A stretch of DNA of 64,000 bases from NCBI GenBank assembly GCA_963705295.1, contig OY970065.1:608001-672000 (forward strand), read 5' to 3'. The number at the start of each line of letters is the position of its first letter. Within the stretch, counting starts at the first letter, position 1. The notes beneath the pieces were generated by a model. That model saw nothing but the letters and a program-made list of their open reading frames with translations. It was not told the DNA's origin and did no database searches. Made by a program: the position numbers and the translations under genes. The stretch is from Parachlamydiales bacterium (GTDB lineage: Bacteria > Chlamydiota > Chlamydiia > Chlamydiales > Rhabdochlamydiaceae). Shown piece after piece: positions 10,410-22,305 of the stretch.

Positions 10410-11827
10410 CCTTCCGAAGAAGAATAACCTGAAACGCCGTCGAAAGTATAGAGATTTTCTGTCTTGAAAACATCGTAGCCGGCTTTAATCATATGATCGA
10501 GAAGATCGAGGATGTCTTGAGGATGGACATCTTTGCCGATGAACCTGCACCGCCATTGCTCGATGCAAAATGTTTCAGGATGACCTTCTGGCCAAATACG
10601 AACGCCCCGATTGGTGATCATTTGGAGTTTGAAAGGAAGCGGGTTTAGGCTAGTAATTTTTTTTTGAAAAGACGCGGCTTTTTGCCGAGAATAAATGAAA
10701 AGATCGACGCCGACAAGTTTACGATCGATCTTTTTCTCAATTGCACTCAGAAGAGGTACGATTTTAGATGTCGCTTTGTAGACAGGAGCCTTTAATTTTT
10801 CTGGTTTATTGCCCAGATTTTTTACGACGGCTTCGGCAAATTCTTTTGTGCCGACTTTGATCTTGCTTGTTTCTGCTTTAAAAATATCGTAGGTATGAAT
10901 CCCTTCTTCAAGGGTGCAAAGCCATGCATTATGGATCCGGCTAGCGATTTCAGAATCTCCGAGATAGGCCATCATCATGACACTCGCGAGAAGAAGTCCC
11001 GAAGGATTGGCTGCGTTTTGTCCAGCACGACGAGGAGCCGATCCATGGATCGCTTCAAACATCGCACCCAGATCTCCAATATTTGCTGAGGGCGCAAGAC
11101 CTACCGATCCTGAAATTTGTGCAGCAACATCGGAGAGAATATCGCCGTAAAGGTTGGGAAGAACGATCACATCGAAAATTTCTGGAGTGTCTGCAAGCTT
11201 GGCCGCTCCAATGTCGACAATCCAATGCTCTTTTTCGATATCGGGATATTCTTTTCCAATTTCTTCATAGACTTGATGAAAAAGACCATCCGAAAATTTC
11301 ATGATGTTGTCTTTCGTGAAACACGTCACTTTTTTCCGTCCCAGGTGACGGGCATATTCAAAAGCGTACCGAACAATTTTTTCACTTCCCTGCCGGCTGA
11401 TGAGTTTATGGGAGACCATCACATCAGGAGTTTGTCGATATTCAATTCCAGCATAGAGATCTTCTTCATTTTCGCGGACAATGACCAGATCCATTTTAGG
11501 ATGTTTCGTTACCACAAACGGAACGTAAGAAACGCACGGCCGTATATTGGCATAAAGGCCTAGCGTTGTTCGAACCGTGACATTTAAACTCTTAAATCCG
11601 CCGCCTTGGGGTGTTGTGATCGGAGCTTTGAGGAAAGCTTCCGATTTTTTGATCATTTCCCAGGTGTGCGGTTCGATGCCTGTTGCAACGCCCCTCAAAT
11701 AGACTTTTTCTCCAATCTCCACTTCATGGATATCGAGATCGGCGCCTGCTTCTTTCAAAACATGGAGCGTTGCAGCCATGATCTCGGGACCTATCCCATC
11801 GCCCCTGGCAATTGTGATTCTGTGCAT
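10406..11827 (-). CDS. icd: NADP-dependent isocitrate dehydrogenase
   Basis: GDGIGPEI, KAPITTPQGGGFKSLNV, RENEED, KDNIMK, NLYGDILSD, FEAIHGSAP. Confidence 0.93.
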   Translation of the reverse strand: MHRITIARGDGIGPEIMAATLHVLKEAGADLDIHEVEIGEKVYLRGVATGIEPHTWEMIKKSEAFLKAPITTPQGGGFKSLNVTVRTTLGLYANIRPCVSYVPFVVTKHPKMDLVIVRENEEDLYAGIEYRQTPDVMVSHKLISRQGSEKIVRYAFEYARHLGRKKVTCFTKDNIMKFSDGLFHQVYEEIGKEYPDIEKEHWIVDIGAAKLADTPEIFDVIVLPNLYGDILSDVAAQISGSVGLAPSANIGDLGAMFEAIHGSAPRRAGQNAANPSGLLLASVMMMAYLGDSEIASRIHNAWLCTLEEGIHTYDIFKAETSKIKVGTKEFAEAVVKNLGNKPEKLKAPVYKATSKIVPLLSAIEKKIDRKLVGVDLFIYSRQKAASFQKKITSLNPLPFKLQMITNRGVRIWPEGHPETFCIEQWRCRFIGKDVHPQDILDLLDHMIKAGYDVFKTENLYTFDGVSGYSSSEG

Positions 11828-11879
11828 AATGTCACAATATCTACTTCTAGCAAAAAAGCCAATACACTATCATTCGCGT

Positions 11880-12851
11880 ATGCATGTCAATGTGATCCGT
11901 GAGTTGTTTGAAGATCAACGTCAACATCTTGAACATTTTTTCCAAAATATAGAGATCGATCAAGCCGAAGCCGTGCTCAAGGTCTGCTTACAGACAAAAG
12001 GGCTGATTGTTTTGATGGGAGTCGGGAAAAGCGGCATTGTCGCTGAAAAAATTGCAATGACTTTGATTTCGACCGGAACCAAGGCTCTCTATCTTCCACC
12101 GATCAATTTTTTACACGGCGATCTTGGGATCCTTTCTGTCGATGACACCGTGATTTTGCTCAGCAAAAGTGGAGAGACAGAAGAGCTACTCTGTTTGATT
12201 CCGTTTATTCAAAAGCGACGAGCTAAAATCATCGCCCTTGTTTCCAATCCTCAAAGCAGGCTGGCTCAATATGCCGATGTGGTGATGACACTTCCGATGG
12301 AAAAAGAGCTTTGTCCTTTTGACCTTGCACCCACCATCTCCACAGAAGTGCAACTTTTATTTGGAGATGTGCTCACCATTGCATTGATGAGACAAAAAGG
12401 ATTTACCTTAAACACGTATGGAGAAAATCATCCTTCTGGATCGATTGGTAAAAAAGCCACCACCAAAGTTCAAGAAATCATGATCCGTGGAAATGCACTT
12501 CCTCGATGTTTTTCCAAACAAAAGTTACGAGACGTTTTACCCGAATTTTCCGACAAACGTCTTGGGTGCCTCCTGATTGTCGATGAAAATAACCATTTTC
12601 AAGGAATTTATACCGATGGGGATCTCCGCCGGTCGCTCCAGACCCTCGGCTCCGATGTGATGCAAAAGAGTTTAGAAGAACTGATGACACGGACTCCGAT
12701 TTCCATCAAAAGCGACATTTTAGCCTGGGATGCCCTCAAACTCATGCAAAAAGATCCCAAACGGTGGATCATGGTCCTTCCCGTCGTCGAAGACTGCCAA
12801 GTTGTCGGCCTTGTCCGGATGCACGATATCATCCATGCAGGGGTTTCATAA
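11880..12851 (+). CDS. kdsD: Arabinose-5-phosphate isomerase (KpsF/GutQ family, SIS + CBS)
   Basis: GVGKSG, HGDLG, SKSGETEE, APT, HPSGSIG, TDGDLRR. Confidence 0.92.
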   Translation: MHVNVIRELFEDQRQHLEHFFQNIEIDQAEAVLKVCLQTKGLIVLMGVGKSGIVAEKIAMTLISTGTKALYLPPINFLHGDLGILSVDDTVILLSKSGETEELLCLIPFIQKRRAKIIALVSNPQSRLAQYADVVMTLPMEKELCPFDLAPTISTEVQLLFGDVLTIALMRQKGFTLNTYGENHPSGSIGKKATTKVQEIMIRGNALPRCFSKQKLRDVLPEFSDKRLGCLLIVDENNHFQGIYTDGDLRRSLQTLGSDVMQKSLEELMTRTPISIKSDILAWDALKLMQKDPKRWIMVLPVVEDCQVVGLVRMHDIIHAGVS

Positions 12852-14113
12852 TGGATTTATCGTATGTCATTCTATTGATCATTTTTGGCCTGGGTTACCT
12901 TTCGATTATTTTCGAGCATCCGCTCAAAATCAACAAATCGGCCGTTGCTCTGTTTATGGCCGTCGCTTGCTGGGCTGTTTTTATCTTAGGAAGCAAACAT
13001 CCCATTAAACTCGATATCGACTTTCTCAACACCCAGGTTTCGAGCGTCTCTCAAATTATTTTTTTCTTGCTCGGGGCCATGACCATTGTCGAACTGATCG
13101 ATTCGCATAAAGGATTCAAGGTTGTCACCGATCTCATCACCACGACTTCGAGACGAAAGATGCTCTGGATGATTTCTCTTATCGCCTTTTTTCTCTCCTC
13201 TATTTTGGATAATTTGACAACGACCATTTTGATGGTTTCACTCCTCCGGAAGTTGATTCCCCATACTCAGGATCGACTCCTTTTGGCATGTATGGTTGTC
13301 GTTGCTGCTAATGCGGGAGGAGCATGGACACCCATTGGAGATGTGACAACGACCATGCTTTGGATCCAAGGTCAGCTCACGTCGCTGGCTGTCATAAAGG
13401 CCCTCTTTGCACCCAGCCTTATTTCCTTGCTCGTACCGCTTATTTATTTTTCGTTCAAAGTTAAAGGAAAAACTCCCATCGATAAAAATATGAAGAACGA
13501 AGAGACGGAGCCGGGTGCCCGGTTGATCTTTTTCTTAGGTGTTGCTGGGCTTGTTTTTGTTCCCATTTTCAAAGCCTGGACGGGGCTACCCCCTTTTATG
13601 GGCATTCTCATCAGCTTATCCATTCTTTGGCTCATTACCGACGGGCTCCATCAAGCGCACGAGCAACAGAAACATTTAAGGGTTCCCCACATTTTAACCC
13701 GGATCGATATCTCAAGTGTACTCTTTTTCCTCGGGATTTTGCTCGTAGTTGGTGCTTTGGAGGCCGTCCATTTTCTCGATGATCTGGCCATTTGGATGAA
13801 CAACCATATTGGAAATCTCACCTGGATCGCCACCTGTATCGGGTTGATTTCCGCTGTCGTCGATAATGTCCCCCTCGTTGCCGCCACCATGGGAATGTAC
13901 CCACTCGATCAATTTCCCCCCGATCACTCCCTCTGGCACATGATCGCCTACGCAGCCGGAACCGGAGGCAGCATCCTCATCATCGGCTCTTCTTCCGGTG
14001 TTGCCCTCATGGGCATGGAGAAAATCGACTTCATCACCTATATGAAAAAAGTCTCCGTTCCCATCCTCCTCGGCTACCTCGCCGGGATGGGGGTCTATGT
14101 GATCACCCATTAA
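12851..14113 (+). CDS. nhaD: Na+/H+ antiporter, NhaD family
   Basis: NKSAVAL, LDNLTT, ANAGGAWTPIGDVTT, SAVVDNVP, GGSILIIGS; multiple TM helices. Confidence 0.9.
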   Translation: MDLSYVILLIIFGLGYLSIIFEHPLKINKSAVALFMAVACWAVFILGSKHPIKLDIDFLNTQVSSVSQIIFFLLGAMTIVELIDSHKGFKVVTDLITTTSRRKMLWMISLIAFFLSSILDNLTTTILMVSLLRKLIPHTQDRLLLACMVVVAANAGGAWTPIGDVTTTMLWIQGQLTSLAVIKALFAPSLISLLVPLIYFSFKVKGKTPIDKNMKNEETEPGARLIFFLGVAGLVFVPIFKAWTGLPPFMGILISLSILWLITDGLHQAHEQQKHLRVPHILTRIDISSVLFFLGILLVVGALEAVHFLDDLAIWMNNHIGNLTWIATCIGLISAVVDNVPLVAATMGMYPLDQFPPDHSLWHMIAYAAGTGGSILIIGSSSGVALMGMEKIDFITYMKKVSVPILLGYLAGMGVYVITH

Positions 14114-14162
14114 TTATTTTAATTCAAAAATCCAATTCGGTGAAATGGTATGATTTTACTCT

Positions 14163-15894
14163 ATGGTAATGGCTGTAAGTAAACTTCCTCAAGAAATGCT
14201 TTGTCACGTGTTTTCTTTTCTAACAGAAATGATCGACTGTGCCAGTGCAGCCCGTGTTTGTAGGTTATGGAGGCAAATCATTGTCTATGAAAAAGATCCA
14301 GCGATGGTTTCCCGCCTGCAACGACTGAGTCAAGGGGTTCAGGCATCGGCTCGTTTCTCCAGTGCTATAACTATTAACAATCAAAGCGGTTTTGGATTTT
14401 CTCGGGTCAATGAGAGTGGAAGTATTGTTGGTATCCATGATTCAAAAATTACCTACTGCCATTTTATACGCTCTACCCAAACAAGGCAAAAAATACATGA
14501 AAAATGCTTAGGATATAATCGAAGGTTTTCTTTTTGGAAATCATTGGCGAAATTAAATCGACTGATTGTCAGAGATGCAGAAACATTGCAACATGTCGCA
14601 GAAACAGATCTCAACTTGCCTTCCACCAAAGATATAACTTGTTTTCTTCTCGGGGCTTTTCCTATGCCTGAGTCAGAAACAAATTTTGTAACGGTTTCAC
14701 TGGGAGTTGTTGTTCAATGGGAACTCCATGGCAAAAATCTAGAAAAGCGGAAATTATTACGTCTATTTGAAAAGGCATGCACACCCAGGCGCAGAATTGC
14801 AAATGTTTTTAGAGTAGAAAATACACTCATTTTTAATGTCCTGGGTACTATTTCTGTTATTTTTGCGTCTAAGGAAAGAGAAGGATAACGTGACATTGGG
14901 ATTAGATCTCACTCAGTTTAAGCTCATCGATTTTAGGAGATCCTTGGGTCGTGTCATTGCTAGTCCCGAGCAACTTTATATGTGCGATCGCTATGGAGAT
15001 TTAAAAGCATATTCATTGCCAGAAAAATATGTAGAAAGTGAAGGGGTTTTGACCGGTCATTTAATGAAAAGGTGGGTTGCAAAATTGCCTTTTTTGCAAA
15101 AAGAGATTGTTATCGATGATCGATGGGATGTACTGATCAAAAAAGGGATGGACTTTTCTCAATTTGAAGTCGTCCATTCAAAGAATGGAAAATGCTTTTT
15201 CTCCTTTCAAGTTTCTAAAAGGCATGCGTGTTTTATCAAAGGCAACCTCCTTTTTATTGTGAGTGATGTGGGTGGTACTGATATTCGAATCTGCCATATC
15301 GCTACAAAGCAGATGTTACAATGGTCGATCGACCTACGACCTTTCTTTTCCGACCATAATTATTATAATTCTATCAATGATGCCATTGTAACCCCAACCG
15401 AAATTCTCTTTCTGAGCATTAATTCTGCATTGTCCACAACTGGAGAGAAGCCTTTTTATCAATTTCTACGAGTTCCTTTTAACAATAGTGATAGAGCAAA
15501 ATTAGTTCCCATTCCTACTTCATTTTCGATTGCGACTCATCTGCCAGCTCCCATTCCCCAAAATGTGCCGCCAGTTCCGCCTCCACCTCTTCCGGCTCAA
15601 CCACCCATGGCTAATTATTAACCCGAGAGGTCAAAAGGTGACAACCTGCTTGCTGCGGCTTCGCCATATCGATTCTCGCTCGGAATCCTTCGTATTCAAA
15701 AATGTAGTCCTCGCGAGAATCAATCTGGCTTTGCCTCGCAGCGCATCTTATCACCTTTTGACCTCTCGGGTTAATAACCGCCAAAAGTGCGCCTCATCAT
15801 TGCTGGGCTCTTATCAGCCGCTGTTGCCGCTATCGGTTTGTATGCCGTTGGAAGGCTTTTTGGTCGTTCTTTCCTTAGTATTTTCAGAAAGTAA
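14163..15894 (+). pseudogene. F-box protein split by a frameshift (~14860-14888) and by a palindromic insertion upstream of a hydrophobic tail
   Basis: F-box LPQEMLCHVFSFL...AARVCRLWRQI. Overlapping ORFs 14163..14888 and 14836..15621. In-frame tail 15778..15894 reads PPKVRLIIAGLLSAAVAAIGLYAVGRLF. Confidence 0.6.
15618..15774. repeat. Palindromic MITE-like element, copy 2
   Basis: TTAACCCGAGAGGTCAAAAGGTGA pairs with TCACCTTTTGACCTCTCGGGTTAA. Flanked by TA on both sides. Confidence 0.8.
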
Positions 15895-16144
15895 TTATTT
15901 GAAACCAGCCTTTAGGACATTTTAAATCAAAATTGTTGCAGAAAAATGCTGGCGTTTAGTATGTTGTTGGCTTCCTCAATGTGAACCATTGGGTGAATAT
16001 GCGATCTTCGAGTCGCAAATGCTGTTTAGACAAGTCAAGAGAAGCGATGTTCAAGCATATATAACAAGCTTGTGCGTCTAAGGTTGAGCGATCAATCTTA
16101 GATGCTTAACAATTTTTTAGAATTTTTATACAAAATTAAATTCT

Positions 16145-17711
<1,567 letters not shown>

Positions 17712-19975
17712 AAAGGACTAAATGGTGTCAACCCCTCATGGGTAAATATGACACCATTAGGTTGAGACAAGCTTGTTCGTTTGAATCATCGCTTCCCTTC
17801 TCTTGTCTAAGCAAGAGATGGAGTGGTTAACACTCTTTGTTATCTTGAAAGTTTGGATAAGATAAGTTTTAAATTAAGTATCAATATATAAGAATATATT
17901 AGAGCGCAATTTTCACTGATGTAAATTAGCGCTTGAGAATGAATTCATATAAATTAATTAATATACGGCGAATTAGCAGCTAAAGATTTTTGATCAAGTT
18001 GCTAAGGGCTGTTGGTGGATGCCTTGGTATCGACAGACGATGAAGGACGTGCAAACCTGCGATAAGCTCCGGGGAGCTGGAACGAAGCTTTGATCCGGAG
18101 ATTTCCGAATGGGGAAACCCAGTGAGAGTAATGTCTCATTATTGCAATCTGAATTCATAAGATTGCAAAGTTACACCTGCCGAAGTGACACATCTCAGTA
18201 GGCAGAGGAAAAGAAATCTAGAAGAGATTCCCATAGTAGCGGCGAGCGAAGTGGGAAAAGCCCAAACCGAGAATTTCGTATTCTCGGGGTTGTAGGGCCC
18301 ATCACATGCGTATTCCAAGTTTTAGCTTAACAACCTGAAAAGGTTGGCGACACAGGGTGATAGCCCCGTGAGCGAAAAGATGAGGAAGCGCGATGGGTAC
18401 CTGAGTATGACCGGCCACGGGAAATCCGGTCTGAATCTGGGGGGACCACCCTCCAAGGCTAAATACTAGTCGATGACCGATAGTGAACCAGTACCGCGAG
18501 GGAAAGGTGAAAAGAACCCCTGTTAGGGGAGTGAAATAGAACCTGAAACCAACAGCTTACAAACGGTCGAAGGCCTATGTCCTCTTTGAGGAAATGGCTG
18601 ACGGCGTGCCTTTTGCATGATGAGCCAGCGAGTTGCGTTAAATGGCAAGGTTAAGGGACTGAAAACGTTCTGGAGCCGAAGCGAAAGCAAGCGTTAATAG
18701 CGCGTTTAGTCATTTGATGCAGACACGAAACCAAGTGATCTATCCATGGTCAGGATGAAACAGGGGTAACACCCTGTGGAGGTCCGAACTAGTAACTGTT
18801 GAAAAAGTTTTGGATGAACTGTGGATAGGGGTGAAAGGCTAATCAAACTTGGAGATATCTTGTTCTCTCCGAAATAACTTTAGGGTTAGCCTTGGCGTTA
18901 ACTTCTTGGGGGTAGAGCACTGAATTCAATAGGGGGGCGACAGCCCTACCGACGGAAATCAAACTCCGAATACCAGGAAGAGTGCCAGGAGATAGACTGC
19001 GGGGGATAAGCTTTGTAGTCAAAAGGGGAACAGCCCAGACCGCCGATTAAGGCCCCAAATTCTATGCTAAGTGGGAAAGGATGTGAAGTTTCAAAGACAG
19101 TTGGGATGTTGGCTTAGAGGCAGCCATCATTTAAAGAGTGCGTAACAGCTCACCAATCGAGAGACTTCGCGCCTATAATATACGGGACTCGAAGTATAGA
19201 GCCGAAATCGCGGATGTACAAGCAATTGTACGTGGTAGGAGAAGCGTAGTATGTGCACTGAAGATGTACCGTGAGGAGCATTGGAGCGCATACTAGTGAT
19301 AATGCATGGCATGAGTAAACGATAAAGATAGTGAAAATCTATCTCGCCGAAAAACTAAGGTTTCCAGGGTCAAGCTCGTCTTCCCTGGGTCAGCCGGTCC
19401 CTAAGCCAAGGCGGAAACGCGTAGGTGATGGGAAGCAGGTTAAACATTCCTGCGCCGCCGTAGTTTATACGACGGGGTGACAAAGTAAGTTAAGCGTGCG
19501 GACCGTTGGATGTGTCCGTTTCGACATGGGGTTGGCTATTAGGTAAATCCGGTAGCGTAATACTCGGTGTTGGACAAGGGGAATCTTCGGAGGAACCGAT
19601 GACGTAGCGCGACACTTTCAAGAAATAGCCCCTAGTTTACGAAGGCGACCGTACCAAAACCGTCACAGGTGGTTAGGATGAATATTCTCAGGCGCGCGAG
19701 ATAACTCTCGTTAAGGAACTCTGCAAATTACCCTCGTAACTTCGGGAGAAGAGGGGCCTGTCTTTGTTATTGACTTCGCGTCAAGAAGCGTAGGCGGGTC
19801 GAAGAGAAATGGCCCAGGCGACTGTTTAACAAAAACACAGCACTATGCAAACTCGTCTAAGAGGAAGTATATGGTGTGATGCCTGCCCAATGCCAAAAGG
19901 TCAAAAGGAGGTGTTAGCCGCAAGGCGAAGCACTGAATTTAAGCCCTGGTGAATGGCGGCCGTAACTATAACGGT

Positions 19976-20186
19976 TAAATCCTTAGATGGCCGTTGTAAA
20001 ATCTGGCTATATGCTGGAACAACTGAGTATGTCATAGTACCAAGCAAAGGTAAAAATCTATGAACGCAGTCAATCAGCAGGAAAGACTAGTGTAAACTAG
20101 AATCCTCAGAGACTATACGCCAGAATCCCATTCTGTGGGATATGATATAGTCCGATCTAACTAGCGATAGTTAGCTAACATAAATG
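19976..20186 (+). mobile_element. Group I intron at 23S position 1923 (ORF-less, 211 nt)
   Basis: Follows exon U and ends in G. IGS GCCGTTG pairs with exon TAACGGT. P3 TCTGGC/GCCAGA. Core motifs AATCAGCAGG, CTCAGAGACTA, GATATAGTCC. Confidence 0.92.
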
Positions 20187-20194
20187 CCTAAGGT

Positions 20195-20817
20195 TAATAG
20201 CTAGCTTTAGTAAAACCAAACTATATGCGGGAAACTCCTCGAAAACTTTTTAGTACTCGCTCCTATTTTGGGGCAGTAAAAATCTAAGAGGCATGGGGAC
20301 AATCCGCAGGAAAGACTAGTTCAATGACTAGAATCCTCAGAGACTATACGTTTGGAGTTTTGTTATGAAATTAGAAGCAGAGTGGATTGTTGGATTTGTG
20401 GATGGAGAAGGTTGTTTTCATGTGTCGATCAATAAACACAATGAAATGACAATCGGCTATCAGGTATTGCCTGAATTCACAGTTGTCCAACACGAAAGAG
20501 ACGTCAAGGTACTTCATGCACTGAAAACGTTTTTTGGTTGTGGAGTGGTTAGAAAAAACCACGGCGACCGAATGGCGTTTCGTGTTAGAGGTTTACAACA
20601 TCTCTCAGAAATCATTGTCCCATTTTTCGAGAAACATCCGTTGATGACGATAAAGCAACTGGATTTTCTCAAATTTCGACGAATTTTGTTAAAAATTCGA
20701 AATGGCGATCATTTAACTCAGCAAGGGATCGAAGAGATTCGATCCATCAAAGAGCAAATGAATCGTTGCAAAACTAAGATAGAGTCCGACTCTTACGGAA
20801 ACATAAGAGACTGATCG
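20195..20817 (+). mobile_element. Group I intron at 23S position 1931 (623 nt) carrying a homing endonuclease
   Basis: Follows CCTAAGGT and ends in G before AGCGAAATTCC. IGS GCTTTAG. P3 CCAAAC/GTTTGG. Core motifs AATCCGCAGG, CTCAGAGACTA, GATAGAGTCC. Confidence 0.93.
20365..20814 (+). CDS. Single-motif LAGLIDADG homing endonuclease
   Basis: WIVGFVDGEGCF motif, FTVVQH, FFGCGVV, IVPFFEKHPL; located inside the intron. Confidence 0.93.
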   Translation: MKLEAEWIVGFVDGEGCFHVSINKHNEMTIGYQVLPEFTVVQHERDVKVLHALKTFFGCGVVRKNHGDRMAFRVRGLQHLSEIIVPFFEKHPLMTIKQLDFLKFRRILLKIRNGDHLTQQGIEEIRSIKEQMNRCKTKIESDSYGNIRD

Positions 20818-20860
<43 letters not shown>

Positions 20861-21252
20861 CTAACGATCTGGGCACTGTCTCGACGGGAGACTCGGTGAA
20901 ATTGTAGTAGCAGTGAAGATGCTGTTTACCCGCAACAAGACGGAAAGACCCCGTGAACCTTTACTATACTCTGATATTGGCTTCTGACTTTTCATGTGTA
21001 GGATAGCTGGGAGACTGTGAAAGTGGCTCGTTAGGGCTGCTGGAGTCAACGGTGAAATACCAGCCTTGAAGAGTCGGAATTCTAACATCTGCCCGTGAAT
21101 CCGGGAGATGGACAGTGTCAGACGGGTAGTTTGACTGGGGCGGTATCCTCCTAAAAAGTAACGGAGGGGTCCAAAGCTTCTCTCATCGTGGTTGGCAATC
21201 ACGAGTTGAGCGTAAAGGTATAAGAGAGGTTAACTGCGAGACCAACAAGTCA

Positions 21253-21284
<32 letters not shown>

Positions 21285-21311
21285 CGGTAGAAAGTGGAAT
21301 CGCCGTCGCTT

Positions 21312-21348
<37 letters not shown>

Positions 21349-21403
21349 GCCACCAAGAGTTCATATCGACGTGGCGGTTTGGCACCTCGATGTCGACTCA
21401 TCG

Positions 21404-21434
<31 letters not shown>

Positions 21435-21919
21435 TGGCTGTTCGCCAATTAAAGCGGTACGCGAGTTGGGTTCAAAACGTCGTGAGACAGTTTGGTCCCT
21501 ATCTGTTGTGGGCGTAGGATACTTGAGAAGAGCTGCTTCTAGTACGAGAGGACCGAAGTGGACGAACCAATGGTGTGCTGGTTGTATTGCCAAGTGCAAA
21601 GCCAGGTAGCTATGTTCGGAAAGGATAAGCGTTGAAAGCATCTAAACGCCAAGCCTCCTTCAAGATAAGGTATCCCATGAGACCCCCGGGAGATTACCGG
21701 GTTGATAGGTTGGGTGTATAAGCGTAGTAATGCGCTGAGCTAACCAATACTAATCGGTCGATTGACTTGATCTTCCTTTTTATTTTCGGCTTCGCTCTTA
21801 TTTTAAGAGCCAAGTCAATGATAATAAAAAGCTGAAGCGCCAATATTAGTTATGAATTCATAACCTACAAGCGCTATTTTACATCAATGATTTAAGACGA
21901 TAATTATCCAAACAATTTT

Positions 21920-22035
21920 ACCTGGTGGCTATTGAGAAGGGGAAATACCTGATCCCATCCCGAACTCAGCAGTTAAGTCCTTCATCGCCGATGGTACTGT
22001 ACGCAAGAGTATGGTAGAGTAGGTTGCCGCCAGGT
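21920..22035 (+). rRNA. rrf: 5S rRNA
   Basis: Terminal stem CCTGGTGG/CCGCCAGG, GATCCCATCCCGAAC, CGCCGATGGTACTG. Confidence 0.95.
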
Positions 22036-22045
22036 TTTTTCTTCG

Positions 22046-22077
22046 CCCTAGTTGGCTTTGCTGACTAGGGTTTTTTT
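22046..22077 (+). terminator. Intrinsic terminator of the rRNA operon
   Basis: CCCTAGTTGGC-TTT-GCTGACTAGGG followed by T7. Confidence 0.85.
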
Positions 22078-22093
22078 ATTTTAAAAATCAGCT

Positions 22094-22217
22094 TCAATTG
22101 TCTTGATCGAGTTCTGCCTTTGTCAAAAGACCCATGAAGGTTGGCATTGGCTTTTTTTTTGGCCACGAGCCTCAAACCAACAGAAGAGCATGTTGCCGTG
22201 GAATGGCTCACGCGACA
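22094..22217 (-). pseudogene. Degenerate C-terminal fragment of the Asp-box/BNR paralog family
   Basis: Translates with frameshifts as SREPFHGNMLFCWFEARGQK..ANAN..FMGLLTKAELDQDN*, versus family SRDPFFGNMLFSWFDARNQK...FMGILTKSELDQD. Confidence 0.75.
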
Positions 22218-22305
22218 AGAAAGGAGATTTATATTCCTACGTGGTTGAGTTGTTTGAGGAAAAGTGAGTTACCTTTAATCGGTATTTATTTATTATTTCT
22301 TAATT

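Noticed and set aside
15616..15776. Palindromic elements as integron attC sites (TATTAAC...GTTAATA)
   Set aside because: They are longer than typical attC sites, dispersed rather than arrayed, one lies between convergent housekeeping genes, and no integrase is present. Kept only as an analogy.
17712..17991. Possible tRNA in the 16S-23S spacer
   Set aside because: No cloverleaf or T-loop motif. The complementarity to the leader (e.g. AACAAGCTTGT/ACAAGCTTGTT) fits ordinary rRNA processing stems.
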